A stretch of 64,000 nucleotides of DNA from Lytechinus pictus (lineage: Eukaryota): NCBI RefSeq assembly GCF_037042905.1, contig NC_087251.1, forward strand, positions 16,306,001-16,370,000, read 5' to 3'. Position 1 is the first letter of the stretch. Each line of letters starts with the position of its first letter. This document shows positions 26,300-40,963 of this stretch, piece by piece. The position numbers were made by a program, and so were the translations under genes. The notes beneath the pieces are model-generated. The model had not been told where the DNA came from, did no database searches, and worked only from the letters and a program-made list of their open reading frames with translations.

Positions 26300-27365
26300 A
26301 CACGAAGCCGAAAACAGCAAATCCAAGGAAGGCAATATACCAGCAATAATTCCAAGATGGTGGGCAGGAAATATATCCAGAGTACTGCATGGTGATTTAT
26401 GAAGAGTACTTTTGGCGAAAACAGGAAAAAAAATATAGCACTATGTTAGACCTGACTCGAAGCCTTCTCAGATGTTGAAGGTTGGGGATATTACTGTCTA
26501 ACAACACGTAACATGGCTGACTCGTGTCTTTTGGACTTATCTCCTAGTTGCAACTGCGCGTGTTTGGGTATCGCAGTGAGTCCACTTCATCAAGCGTCAG
26601 GTCTGGTTGAACTAATCTCTAATATGAAAATAATTAACAAAGACAGCAGGTTGCAATTTGTACATTCCCAAAACGAAGATTAACTCTCTTGTTACGTTAC
26701 ACCTTTGTTGTCACGCTGACTAAACTTGCTTTGAAAATTTCATATTCTTCATGATATATGTGCTAAAACTACTGATCAGGTCCTTTTGAATGCAAGGCTG
26801 ATTAAATTTCTTTTTTGACTATCACTTATTGTCACTTGAGAGTTCATTGCTTCATTTAATGTGTTTTGCCAACAAGCACGTGTTATAACAAACTTATCGA
26901 TTATTAGATTTAAAGTTCCTCCATTTTCTTTAGATGGCATTTCAGGTGTACAATTATCAATCCAGTGTCAGAACAACCTGATCCACAAAATTTTCAGTAA
27001 ATATCCAGCACTTATTGATCTATTGATCTGTTCTGTGGTCCTCTGTCTGGAAACCTATGGGGCTTATCCAACAGTAGCAAAAGGTATAGGCAAAGATTCC
27101 AAGTTCATATTCTAGTCATTGTTGACTTTCTCTGCAGTTGAGTCCCACCTGTACTGTGGCTTCTGCTACTGACTCAGTGCGGCCTGCTGTTGCCTCTGCT
27201 GCTAGCCCTACTCTGTGGGTTGTTTGAGGGCTGTTCCCATCGCTAATCGAGGTGGACACGGAGGGGGGCTATGACATCCGTGCCTTGCTAACTCAATTTG
27301 AGAGACATCCTCGAGAAAGCCTTATTCCTAAAGAGCTCACATCCGCCGCGCGCGCCGCGGAAGTA
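26300..27365 (-). mobile_element. Possible decayed 5' region (UTR/ORF1) of a LINE
   Basis: GC-rich head on the minus strand (CTTCCGCGGCGCGCGCGGCGGATGTGAGCTC) followed by ~1 kb of coding-like, stop-interrupted sequence. No firm domain motif. Confidence 0.25.
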
Positions 27366-29312
27366 TGCCTGTGCTATCTCAGCAAGAAACGTGCTGAACT
27401 TCGTGATAACGCGCGCGCATGCTGTGAATATCAGAAGGTGAACTTTGATAACTTGTTAGTTTGTCATGTTTGTAGAATTACCCTATACACACAAAGAAGT
27501 TTAGGGTCGATTATTAGCCAGGAATTAGCATTGAAAATCATGTCTAACGGGCACACTAAAAGGTATCATGGGATAAAAAATGTTTTCTCATCACGATAAC
27601 ACGGAAAATTTTACAGGGATTCAACACAAAATTTTGCAATCGATTTTACAATCATTTGAACAAAGTGATCAACGTAATTAATTACAAATAAAATTGTTTT
27701 ATCACTTGCTATGCTTGGTTTTACCTCCTATACAGACATTCACATCGATTCAAATTTTTATACAATGGAATTATTTTTCAGAAAGAAGTCTCCACTTTAC
27801 TCAAAATTGCCAAGTGTTCAATTTGAAAGAAAGTTATTACGTTTCGAGTCAAATAACCCCAACCTCATAGAGTTTGTTTAAGATTTATCAAAGTGTGACC
27901 CAACGTAAAATACATTTGGATGCAACAAAAAGAAATAAAAATCATTGTCTTCCCGACGTATTTATGTCCCCAAAATATGTTTGGGATAAAAACATTGTAG
28001 AAATTTAAGGAAAATGTTTATTCAGTGAAGATATTCTTGCCACTGTTATTAGAATGATTTGCCACAAAAACGTCTTATTTACCAAATAAAAGCTTATTGG
28101 CAGTTCGAATTTTTTGTCAAGTGATATGTAAACATTACTAAATGAGAATGTGCTATACTCTGATGATACAAGTCCTATAAATAGTCATTTGTGTTGGTAT
28201 ATCCCGATGGTTTGCTCATGCCTTACGATAAAGAACAGTTGTCTTCAGGCAACACTTGAACAAGAACTCACATGATCTTCCTTTTTTATAATTAGACACG
28301 GGAAGGGAAATAGGACTAATCACTTCTCGCGTGATTATGCTCATTTCGTCAATAAATATTTTCAACATTCATAAAAAAAAGTTTTTATTTTGGATTATAT
28401 AGGTTTTTTTTAGGTAAACGGTTATCTTGCTAATACTTGATTGTGTTTGGAAACAGGAGAAGTATATAATGCAGAAGCGTAACGTTTACACAGTTTAAAA
28501 AGGAAGATGTCATAATTCAAATTCAATGTTAATGATGGCCATGGCGAAGACATTGGTGAAATAATATAAACGAATTGAAATCAATAATGTATTTTTTCAG
28601 AGGTTCCGAAAGGTTTAAGTATTGATGCATAAAATATTCAAATAATAATTTAAAACGTCCGCTAATGGTTTCTTGTCTTCTGTTGAAATCACTTTAATTT
28701 GAGGTAAACCGATTTCTTTAGGGAAAAAGCGGCTACATAACTTAAATAAGCATACACGTCCTTTCTCTAATATGTGTTCTTGGTCGGTAAAGCATAGCTT
28801 ATCAAAAAGTTTAGACATTGAAAATAAGAACCATCAACATAAAGTTACGTTGAAACATTGTAAGTGAATGGATTATAATTCTTCTCTCTTTGTCTTCATA
28901 CATTTTCCTAATTATAATTTTAACTGGTTGTATGCTTAAGTTGTCAATTTTTTTTTGCTATACTATTTACAAGAATGTTTTGAATAGGAGACTGGACCCT
29001 ACAAAATCTGTTTTTTTTAGTAGTCTCCTCCATTTCCATCCGCTTTGAATTATGATTTTGACTTTAATTTTTCTATGTATAAATTGCTATAGTTTTATGG
29101 CATATTATCTGTACATGAAAATGTACGAAACCAATTTGTAATGTTGGAAATTGAAATAAGCGAAATGGAGTGAGTAATTGGATATTCATTTTTTAGTCAT
29201 TGCATTTCACCTCTGTTCATGTTTACCATTTATATATATTTTTATTATACTGTCGTTGAACAGTTTGTGATATTTTTACTATGTATCGTTACTTTAACTG
29301 TATTTTGCTATA

Positions 29313-30131
29313 CAGTGCGTCCCACAAAAAACGAAACCGAGATTTATCGATGATTTATCATAACTTAATCACAAATACAATAGACAAGTGACCTACCATT
29401 GTAAAGCTTAGAATCTCCTCTTTCATCTGAAATTACTTAGATTATTTCTCATTCACGCATGAGTGAGCAAAAACAATTTGAAGAGGGGATACCAAAAAGT
29501 CTTTGGCGGGCTGTATCTGGGTTTCAAAAAGAAAACCAAATTTCTAAAAAGTTCAATATCTGCTCTTTAATTTGATACCTCAATTCCAGAAAATGGTCAA
29601 GAAATAAGAAAGTTCTGGTTATTTGAAATAAGGCTTGAATTTCAATAATTTCATAAAATGAAGAGGTTTTACAGGCTAGCGTTCAAACTCACTCAACACT
29701 CCGTTTTGTTGACGATCAGCCATGCATGAAGTCTTTTGTTAACCATGCGACAGCTTCTGTGGGAAACCGGTGAAAAAACGTTTATTTAATGAAATTATGG
29801 AAATACAAGCATTGTTTCGAGGGAACGTAACTTTTTTACTTCTTGACCATTTTTTGTGATTAAGGTATCAAATTAAAGAGCAGATATTGAACTTTTTGAG
29901 CATGTGATTTTCTTTTTGAAATTCAGATACCCCCCGCCAAATTAGTTTTTGGTATCCTTTCTTCAAATTGTTTTTGCTCACTCATGCGTGAATGAGGAAT
30001 AATCTAAGTAATATCAGATGAAAGAGGAGATTCCAAGCTTTACATTGGTAGGTCATTTGTCTATTGTATTTGTGATTAAGTTATGATAAATCATAGCTAA
30101 ATCTCGGTTTCGTTTTTTCTGGGACGCACTG
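29313..30131. mobile_element. Tc1/mariner-type non-autonomous foldback element with ~350-bp TIRs
   Basis: TA|CAGTGCGTCCCACAAAAAACGAAACCGAGATTTA ... TAAATCTCGGTTTCGTTTTTTCTGGGACGCACTG|CA. The arms align as inverted repeats over about 350 bp; right TA mutated to CA. Confidence 0.9.
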
Positions 30132-32149
30132 CATTTTGTTGAACGGAAATGAATAAAATCTAGATCTAAATCTTAAAAAAATGTAAATAATAATCGAATC
30201 GAACTAACGATGTAGAACAATAATATTCCACAAAAACACAATGAACTATTAGTCCCCTTCGTCTTATCGGAAATAGGGGTGGTTATACTTAAATACATCA
30301 AGTGGAGAGGGGAGGAGGTGTATAGGAAATAGCTTGCAGGAGGTCTTCCGTTTCTATCAACTTGCTTGGTGAAAGTTATAAATAGATTGAGATGGGAAGA
30401 TGAACAATGAGAGACGTAAGTAATCATCGACCAATATCATGAATACATTGTTCACAATTATGTGAAAACAAATTTTGATATCATGTCATGATCTGAAAAA
30501 TCACATTCATATAAGTTTTCTTTGACAATAAAGCGTGAATAATTTGCATGTAGAATCATATGATTACCATAAATGCTAAACAATTCCGGCATGGCCATAT
30601 AAAACGAAATCTTTTCGCGCGTGTAGACAGGGTAATTCATGTTGTTTATACAAGAGACAAATTGTCAAACTTTACTAACTCGCATTTTGACATGTCATAA
30701 TCTTCCAAAAGACGAGACAAAATCAGACATAAGAACGATGTCTTCCGGGGGAACATGTTCTTAATTTGTCCATTTTCTTTCGAGACTTGAAATGGCAGCA
30801 ACTTTATTACCCCTCGGATTTGTTAAATGTGTCAAGGGTCTGTGGTTAGGAAAGGATTGACAATGCATGGAGACAACACTTATAAGCGCTTTATAAAAGA
30901 GTACAATTTAAAAAACCTGGTTTGAAAGTTATTGAAACTCCAACAATAATTCAAAACCATCGTTGGTGCCAGGCTTTACGATTGATCATGACCTTCAACC
31001 AACCTTCCCTGTTTTACAGGTGAGCAAGAATTAATCGTTTTATTTCATTTATACTTGGCTTTTTTATCGAAATTAGGTCATGTTCATGTATGATTGGTTA
31101 GATTAATAGGTTCGTAGAATCTACCATTTGTTACAACAAGGAGGTGTAATCCGATGTAACGTTATTGGTATTATGTAACATGACGAGAGTGTGACTAATG
31201 TAGGCCTTCATTCCGTGACTAATGCATTCCGTAATAGGGGAATTTTTCATGCGTGTAGGTATGTGAATGGCGAGCTGGATTGCGCTTGGTCAAATTATTG
31301 GGTTTGTTCGTTGACGGGGAAGGGCGTCACTATTGGATCTTCATGATTATTGATGGTGCAAATATTATATCTTCACTATTGTTTACAGTATGTTTTTATC
31401 TCTTCAACTTATTTATTGCTTATGTATCTAGTGCTTACAAACATTTTTTTATCTATCGAAGATTCGAAGTATTATAAATTACCATTATTGTTCTCAAGAG
31501 CTGCTTTGTTTTACCATCGATGGTATTCTATATATCTTATTTTTCATATAGTAGCGATAATGATGAATTTGTTTTAAGGCCACTACGATCAGGTTTCATC
31601 CGTATAATCTAGGTATCCGCTTTTATAAATTTTCAGACTCTTAATGCATTTATAATATAGCATTATATTTTTGCAAATACTCATTGTGAAATGTATAAAG
31701 TTGATAATTGATATAAGTGATTTCATGGCAGCGCTTTCCTTTCTTGTCGCGTGCGCTGCAGCGGTTTGACCCGCCTGATAGAAGAAGTCAATGAACTTAA
31801 CCAACTTGGTTTCTTGATCAGGCTCCCGCGTCTATTACTCAAGATCTGCTCCACATATCCTCTTATCAGTTCTGACGATGCAGCACCTTTATGGAAAGAA
31901 CATCAAATTTAATTTTGTATGATATCAAAATGGAAATGTCCAGACACATTTACTCACACATGAACCTCCATAATGCAACTTAGGCATATCATGAGATTTG
32001 TTTTAATGTAAATAACTCCTTAAAGTTCATTCAAGAACGTCTAAAATTTTGTCATCTGAAAAGAAGTTTCAGAAGCTTAACTTTATTTTGATTGGCTGAG
32101 ATACGTATTATGTTTGACTGTTTATATGCAATCTGTCCGATAATGGTGA

Positions 32150-32637
32150 AAATTTGAAAGAAACCGGACAAGCAATAAGAAAGTTATGACTGTTTTAAAA
32201 TTGAGATCCCTAAATCTATGTAAATTTCAAATTGGCAACTGGTTAAATAAATCATAACAAGTGGGAAGGGCTACTTTCCCGTTTGCCATGTATACTTGAT
32301 TTATAGGATTTTTTTTTTTTTTTTTTGTAATCCAAATATAACCAATGTAGCATAGTGCTTTATATCCTCATTAAAGAAATATGTATAGTTCAAAATAAAA
32401 AACGACAATTTAAAAATTTTATAAATTGGAGTAAATGGTAGAGTAGTCCTTGCCTTATGACATCACCAATTCGGCCAATTTGAAGTCTCCATGGGTGTAG
32501 CGATTACCAATTTTTACAACTAAAAAAATCACAACTTTCTCATAGTTTGTCCGATTTTGTCAAAACTGTCATCCATGTACTTGTCTGATTTTTCTTCTTC
32601 CAATAAAACAGCTTTTAATTTGGGTGGATTTCCCTTT
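32150..32637. mobile_element. Degenerate TTAA-type MITE
   Basis: Subterminal inverted words CCGGACAAGCAATAAGAAAGTTATGA / CACAACTTTCTCATAGTTTGTCCG and right end GGGTGGATTTCCCTTT. Left end eroded. Confidence 0.45.
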
Positions 32638-35600
32638 GATACATTGTTTCTAAGCGCTGCATTACCCCAGTTGTACCTTAAGAGCATTAAAGGAATCCCT
32701 TAAGTGCTCGAGAGTTTGAGCCCCGGACATTATGGTTCAAAATCATGAGATGCATTATTGAGCCACAATTCCGATTTACTCACCTTTTATATATTTTTAT
32801 GGTGTTAATAACGACGAATGTTTTTTTTAAGAAGAAGACAGTGGAAACGGTATGAAATTTATGCAGAAAATTAAAGTAGTGACTCTCTTCGCAATATAGG
32901 TTGCTTCAATAATATCCCGGACTTTGAATGTTTAGGTATATTGCACTAATGTACAACCTGACATTACTTTGAATATGGTGTTAGAAATCGAAGAGTCAAT
33001 TTTGTTGGTGCAAGCAGGATTTCACCAATGCGTGCAAGCATGGAGTCCATACGAAAATCTGCAGAATGGAAATCATATTCCACATTTGAATTATTTATTC
33101 AACGCTGTTTATTTTCCAGAGAGAAAAAGTAGCGATTGAAATGAATAAATGGGTGGATAAAAAACACAAGATAAAATCACGTATTTAAAATCTCAATGAT
33201 CTTACGTAACACTAGACAACATAACGGAACACACAAAAGGCAACTAGTTAAGTAGATGTTTCCGTCAATTATAGAACATAATACAACTGGCTGAGGCTTC
33301 CAGTCAAATTTTTCCATTATATGTATTGTGTAACGCTTTCGAGATTTATTGCAATGCTGCACCAGTATGATCTCACATTATTTTGTTTGGATAACCGGAT
33401 ACATATCTTATTTACATAACAATATACAGACCTACAAATATAATATCTTTGATATTTAAATGGAAAATATAAGAATGTAATTTGCCTTTGGATAATCTTA
33501 TCGTGGGGTTTTAGAGACACTGCAGCGTAATCGCGGTGGTTGCGGGTTATGGAGCCCGCACCCCTTCCAGGATATGCCTTCCTTCTTTATTCACTATTAT
33601 ATTTTTATATTTTTCAATATCAAGGTTTTCATCAAATTTCTATAGTAATATTGGCATGCCTAATTAATGGTGAGATATCTCCCCTATTAAGAAAAGCGTT
33701 CAATTACATCTTTTCCCAATAGGAAGGAGGAAAAAAACTTAATTGTGACCATGGGAAGTTTTCTTTATTATATAAAGATATTCCATTTACTGCCACAAAA
33801 TGACCAATGATAATGAAACTTTTAATTGAATACCAGTAAATGTGCAGATTTCGCTTTGAGGTTCCGTAGATATTGTGTCGTTGGTAGCCGACTGAATAAT
33901 AAATTGTAACAAAACAAAGAGACACATGGTGAATCGTGATAATTACTTTAGTTAACGTTTATCAGCTATAATTTTTTTTCACAATAATCAGAAATGGAAA
34001 ATTATGTCTTCCATCTTGATCATGTCCAAAAAGTAAACCTTAATATAAAAAAATCCATTAAAATGAAAACCAGGTTTGAGAAATAGTATTTGAGTTGTGG
34101 AAACTTGCTGAGAAAACTATTACGATTACTATACTACCTGATGTTGTTTTGAAAAAAAAAGGTTTACAAGTTGGACAGCTTCCACACAACACTGACCTTG
34201 TTTAGGAAAACGGAAACGCAGAGTGGAAATAAACAATATACAGCTGACGTATATTTTGTCGAAAAAGAGGCTGCTCCTTTCAACTCGCAGCTTGCCCTAG
34301 GATAGTTCACTTTGTCAGCCTTGATAAAATTTTGTAGGAAAAAAATAGTGAATTTAACGGGAAGAGAATCAAGCAAAACACACACACACGCGCGCAAACA
34401 CACACGCGTACCCCACCCACCTCATAAACACACACACACACCCTCACATACCCCTATATATGTATACACATGTTATCAAGTACATAATATGCTCCACTAG
34501 AAAATAAAATTGAAATGACCAAAGGCAAGTAAGAGAGACCATATCAAACATAATAAAATAAATATAGTTCAAAGCGTAAGAAAAAAATGAAAAAAGAGAG
34601 AAGAGTATTGATGCAAAAGATATTGTGGGATGAAAAAAAAAGAAAAACAATAATGTATGTTATAAGGACTATCTTCTGATAGTATAGAGGTAAACACATC
34701 GTAAATAGCCAAATAGAATAAGACTCAACATTTGGAAAGATTTATTTGATACTGATTGATAAAGTGCAAACTGTTTTACCAATTTTCAAAATAATATACA
34801 TGTATTATATGTTTGATATTATTCTCAATTATGTTCATGTTAAAAGGGATCAGTAACAGTATAAATATGAATAAGAAGTAGAAGAACAAAAACTCCAACA
34901 TCGAGAATACAAAAAAATCGTATTAGCTAACCTCCAAAATCTAGAACAATTTACCTTTTGAAAATTGTAATTCGATATATATTTCTGATTGCGCATGCAT
35001 GACGTCTACCGAACTAGAAGACTTTCATTTTAGTTGTGATATGAACGATAAGTTAAGATATGAGTTTTTGTTACACCTATTATTCCCTCTAGATCACCGT
35101 GTTACATTTGTTCCAATTCTCCAGATGTAATCTGACAACATGGTCTCTTCCTTTACCCTACCTTTGCCGAAAGCAATACAAGTTTTGGATCAAGGGTTCA
35201 TCGTTCTATAGAATGCAGAAAATCTTAAAGTCATAAGCATTTAAAGTTTATAATAATAAAGATATACATTTTTGTATATCTCATATATCGCATAATATTG
35301 TAGTGACAGATTAGAGAAGATACTTTCAGCTACCGGAACCCGTATAATCTCGTAATTGCTTAGATATTCATTTATTTAACTATCAATTCATTAATTTATT
35401 CATTAACGTATCCATTCGTCCATTAGTTCATAATTTTTATTTAAGTAATTCATTGTATTTCTATTTATTCATAAATTATCTATCATTTACCGATTATCAA
35501 TCATTGTTTGTATCCAATTGTTATCTCCTGGTTTACTTATTCATCAATCCAAGTACAGATATTTTTATTAACAAAATAGATTCATGTATTTCTCAATCAG

Positions 35601-36012
35601 TGTATTTTCATCCATTTACTTAATTACTTTCTTTATGTGATTAATAAAGTTTTACATAAACGCAATTACTATTTCATTATCATTCATTTAAAGCCAGCAT
35701 CCAGTTGTATACTATTTTTATTACAGTTACCTTTTACCAATTACCACCCCATGCTATTTTCATTAATTTTTCTGGGGAAATATTCGCACGCTAGTCGCCA
35801 TAAATGGTAAACTTATTATTTGTGCAGTGAAGTCATTAACAACTTTTAATTTTGTTTACGTTCCCTTGCGATCATGTATGACATTTGCCGTCGAGCAAAG
35901 CGATGTTTCTACCCCGATTACAATTATCGAAAAACATATGTCGTAAAGTATAGAAGATTATTCAAAGAATGGAGGTAGAAGGCAGATGTCGAGTCACATA
36001 AATTGAACATAG

Positions 36013-36060
36013 CAAACCTTGAGGACGACAAGATCACACTTGTCGAAACGTCGAGATTGG
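36013..36060 (+). ncRNA. Minimal type I hammerhead ribozyme motif (Penelope-associated variant), probably decayed
   Basis: TTGAGGA-C-GACAAG(atcaca)CTTGTC-GAAACGTC: core boxes, a perfect 6-bp helix II and a minimal palindromic ACGT helix III. Helix I is imperfect. Confidence 0.55.
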
Positions 36061-36165
36061 ATGGTCCTTTTCAGGACCAACACTTGCCCAAGAAAGTTAC
36101 ATGGTTTACCGTGAAACCTACTACACTATTCTTCTTCGCCATGGAAACCTTCAGAAGTTAAACAA
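36013..36165 (+). mobile_element. Penelope-like element terminal repeat (pLTR) remnant
   Basis: Hammerhead motif, a second hairpin GGTCCT-tttc-AGGACC, and a CGCCATGGAAACCTTCA end resembling PLE termini. Confidence 0.5.
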
Positions 36166-37377
36166 ATTGTGCCAGCAGATTCATCTCCTTTAATCAAACC
36201 AATTGCGATCAAAGAGAATACACACACACACCCACCCCCCCACACACACATATATATATATACCTATCATCCTAGCAAAGCGACGTTTCGCCTCAAGTAA
36301 ACTTTGCAGATTTGAAAGACCGAGCACTGTCAGCAATAAACATTGAAATTACATCATAAAAAACGAAACCTGTCTTCCATAATATTACCCGCGTGAATCC
36401 GATCAAAGTTTCCCCTCTTTCCTAGGATGTAACAACCCCATTAACAGCCCCCAATCACCTGCAAGATACACCTCTCTCCTTTATATCAAAGTTCTTCATG
36501 TATGGGAGATAAAATTCCACACACCCCGATGCCCATGGAGGGGGCGGGGGTGCTGACAGACCCCATTTCCCCTTTTCGTCCTAGATTTGGGTTTTAGGGG
36601 CATTCTGGAGTCACCTGAAGGAAGTCGTATTCTTGGCTCGGTCGATACACTAAAGATAACAAAAGACACGGTCAATATGACCTAGACGGTGTTGCCTTAC
36701 AGTTGAGGACATCTACAACATCCACTCCTAACACCTAGGATTAGTCCCATGTGCAACATTCATGATGTCATTTTATCTATCTATTTTTGTGCTTCTTCCT
36801 CCCTTCATTATGGTTCATGGTTCAATTATTTTGTTCTGAAGGCTTGGCTCTTACATTTGTATTTCTTGACATTCAAGGAAAATATTTTACTAGTACATTG
36901 TATTTGAATATTTTTTATATTGCTAATAAATAAATGATGATAAATGATAAAATATGCAACTTTAAGTGCGCAAGTATGTGTTAATGAGTCCCTTTTCTTT
37001 ATATTCATTTCAACACTCTGATATTTTGACATACCATAATGTATTACTCCCCCCTCCCGTAAATCATGTCTTAAATTACTATATCTGCATGAACATATAT
37101 ATATATAATCAATGAACGAATCTTTGATACACAGAGAAGCTGTATATGAACCAAAATGTCACTTGCCATAAAAAGTGCCATTAAAACATTAAAATGCAGA
37201 ATAATTCTTTTAAGGCACATATTGTCATAAATTGTTTAAGCTACATGAGAAAAAAATGATAGAATGAATTAAACGAAATCAAAGATCATTCAAACTTCTA
37301 TGATTGCCTGTGCAATGCATCAGTAATGTCAATGAGACTATTACACGGATGGAATGGAAAATGTTAAATGAAAGAAG

Positions 37378-37950
37378 TCAATTCAAATGTTCATTTAAAT
37401 TCAATTCATTTATTCAACAATCAAAAGTGTAATCAAAACAAGATAAAGGATTCATAAAATAACACACAAAAACAAACAAAACCAGAGCAAATAGTACATA
37501 CTATGGTTCGGAGACCAAGGGGTCACCATAAGACATGAAAACATTACACATATCAAATTTAAGGAGAATAAAAATTCACGTTATTTATAATAAAACAAAA
37601 TAAAATGTTATATGGTTACATCAAAAGATTACAAAATTGATAAAAGTGACAATCTTAAATTAAATTTAAATAAAATTTAACACTCCTGCAGCAAAAAAAG
37701 GGAATATGATGGAGGGGGCACTAATGTATAATTCAAGATAACATGCATATCAGTAAGCGGAAAATAATATTTTCCTGCATAATAACCTAAACCTTGATAA
37801 AGTTGAACTTTTTTATCGTTTGGAATTCCATTCCACAGCTTAGGGAAGTAAGTCTTAAATGAATTGAAAGCAATAGAAGTTTGAAGTCCTTTCATAAAGC
37901 CAATGTTTCTGAAACGTTGAAGAATGTATATTAAAGTTATTCACAATTTT
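37378..37950 (-). mobile_element. LINE (CR1/L2/Crack-like) 3' end
   Basis: The minus strand encodes FNSFKTYFPKLWNGIPND (PKLWN ORF2 C-terminal motif), followed by a T-rich UTR, AATAAA and (TTGAA)-like tail. Confidence 0.55.
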
Positions 37951-38035
37951 CAACATTGAATGGTCTTGTAAAATGGTCCCCTGATGTTCAGCTACACCCC
38001 ATGGCTAATGCCTTGATATGAAAATGATATCATTA

Positions 38036-38185
38036 TCATCTTGGTGTAGCGGTTCTGATTCTCGCCTTGCATTGAGGTCGTTAGGTCAAATATCTCCGCG
38101 GCACTGACATTCGTCGTTAGACATCGCTTTCCCACGGGTGTCAGAATATGGGTACCCGCGGTATAGAATAATCCTTATATAGGGA
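38036..38185 (+). mobile_element. SURF1-like tRNA SINE, degenerate
   Basis: TGGTGTAGCGGTTCTGATTCTCGCCTT tRNA-like head and ATGGGTACCCG core, shared with the 57825-58105 copy. Confidence 0.5.
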
Positions 38186-40963
38186 GTAGAGAGTGTACAT
38201 TCACTGTTTGCGGGAGAGCCAAAATCGGATGACCAACATGACGAAGATATTTAGAAATATTGTTCCGATGTGACAAGTTTTACATAAAAGTTTATCATTT
38301 GAACAATTTTGATAAAGGTATTGAACTTGAACTTGATCTATAGTATGTGCAATGCAGTATACAAGACGAATTGGAAGGCACCACAAAACCATTGCACTTG
38401 GCATAAGAATACAATGAAAAATATGAAATTGTCCATTTTCGTGGAAAAAATCCTTTGTTATAATTTGGCGCGCTTCAAAATTTTGTAAATTTTTTCACCC
38501 CCCCCCCCTATTCGAAACCTTAGATCGACGCCCCTGATTGCAGATACCCTCGTGAATGATCCAACTCTGCGCATACTAATTAAGCATCTGTTTACATATT
38601 AATCTAAACTCTCTTTGCCATCTTTGTTGAATGTCAGCTTCCCAAGTACATATGCCAGCGACCCTGCCGAGACCTTTTCGCTACAAACTAGCCCTTTACC
38701 ATGTTTACCTGTCGTCGTCCTACAAATAAACTGACGGAAAACAAAAATTAGAAGTGGTGTGCGCGTGATACGTGTAGTATACTGCATTCTGTATTTAGAT
38801 TCTCTCTTTAGGCGGATAAGGCAAGAGATAGTTACAGGATTTACTTGTTTATGCATATTTGGGTTAAAAGTGCCCATCCCTAATCGATAAGGTTTACCAT
38901 AACTTCCTCATAACTGGGGTGGATATATATTTATTTTCTTTTCAAACGATCATGATACATGGGACTTGGAAAGTGGCAGTAAATAGGTTTATCTTCCATC
39001 ATTTCAATTTCAAAACGTACCTCAAACTATCTTTGTAATCATCAAATGAACTGCAACAAAATATAGAAATTGTCTTTAGGCCTACACGTTAATATTTTAA
39101 GTTTACCTTACTCTTTGAAAGACTCATCCCTGAAGGGCTAATAATGTGTTGGTGGGATTGAAATATGTTATTTGAATCAGATTCTATGAAAAAGAGACAT
39201 ATTGCCTTGTCGAATCATCTCATGATTGAATCTTAACGCAAAATGTCACTGCAAAAACTGCATAATTGTTGTTTGTCGCTGTTGCTGAAATCAATGAAAA
39301 AAATAACAACAAAACCTTTAATGTCAGTTGTATTCTTCTCCCCCCCCCCCCCAAAAAAAAAAAATCCGATGTCCCTTTATCATGTAAGATCTTATATATT
39401 CTTGGGTTTGTAACATTGCTTTTTAATTGATTAGAAATGTGTTTCAATTTCAATTGGTTAATTCAATTATCTAGAGACCTAATTACAATGTTATGCCTAT
39501 TCTACCTTGATGAAATGGAAAAAATATAAATGAATAAATAAAACGAGACTTTGAGTTTAGATTGTAAACGAAAATTCTTACATTTCGATTGTCAAATGAA
39601 TTCGGATATTGCTCTTACTTTGGAGTGTATGAATCTGTGCTGATGCTTGTTGAAAGTGCAAGTCGGGGAAACATTCCGTCTTCAATACAACTTTTCAGGA
39701 ACAAATTATTATGACATGGACCTATGGCGATTTCTGTGTTTCTTTGTGGGCATCCACCAATAGCGCAGTGTGACGATTTGCCATCGTTACCACCGTTGTC
39801 ATCGTGTGCATAACAAAAAAAATGATTGCAAACGGCCTTTCGATCAATGAGGGGGCAGTGCCCGTGGAGGTCATGGGCAATGGCTACAGCCTATCTGACA
39901 CAAGTAATCAACTTTCATATCCTGCGAATCAAGTCGAAAAAAATTGTACAATTTCCGGAACTATGTTCATGCTAATCGCCTGCCAACATGCATAATGAGC
40001 ACAGCACGAAGTCCTACCCCGCCATGTGTAATTCGGGGGGTGATATTGGATACAGAATTTGGAGGAAAGGTGGGAAATGTAAAGATTATGTTATCTTCAG
40101 TCTATGCACATTTCAATCTTGATTTTTTTTTCTTTAGTGAAAATGCATTGTTCATTTAGCGTTCATGTGCGGTGTCACGTATCTCAATGTGCCATGAGAC
40201 CAGCTTCGATGAAAGATTTAATTTGCAACCAGAACGAAAGCATGACTTTCATCTTCAAATGGTCTTAAATTGCCTCAAATATTCGATCCTTGTTGAACGA
40301 TTGATCAAAAGTTTTGTGATGAAAAGTGTAATTAATTTCTCATACCAGTCACCGTAATCTTCTTTTTTTTTTTGGGGGGGGGGACTGAAGCCCCCTCCAA
40401 AAAAAATCGCTCAAGCCCCCCCCCCCCCCAAATGTTCGACCACAAAGAAAAATATACATATATACATGTGGGTTTTATATGCGTATAATGCGGTATTCCG
40501 TTCATATCGTCAAGTGCTCTAAAATCAAAGATTTTACTAATCAAATTCGAATTTTTTCCCGCTCGGTCGCTAAATGCTCCATCGCAAAATAACATCTAAA
40601 TGCAGAATACATTAAAGCTCTCTTAAAGTGCGAGTATAGGAAGTCAATAATCTCCTCCAAAATAGTTAACTGCCTTGCGACTTTTTTTTCAAATTAACCT
40701 CCCTATATACATCACCTGGACTTCACCCTCCACGAATATAAATACTAATTCCATAAAATTGAAGTTTTAACTCTTAACCTGTCCGTTGTCCAAAGCGCTC
40801 CGAAATGTTTGTTATTCTATAGGATCTTAGAAAATGGCTCTGTCGCTATATACTCCTATCCCTGATTGAGGCTAAACATATTTAAAATGTAGGAGTGTGT
40901 ATCCATGTTCCAGATGGCGAGAAGGGGAAACACACCGAAAAATTTACAATTTTATAGGTTTAA

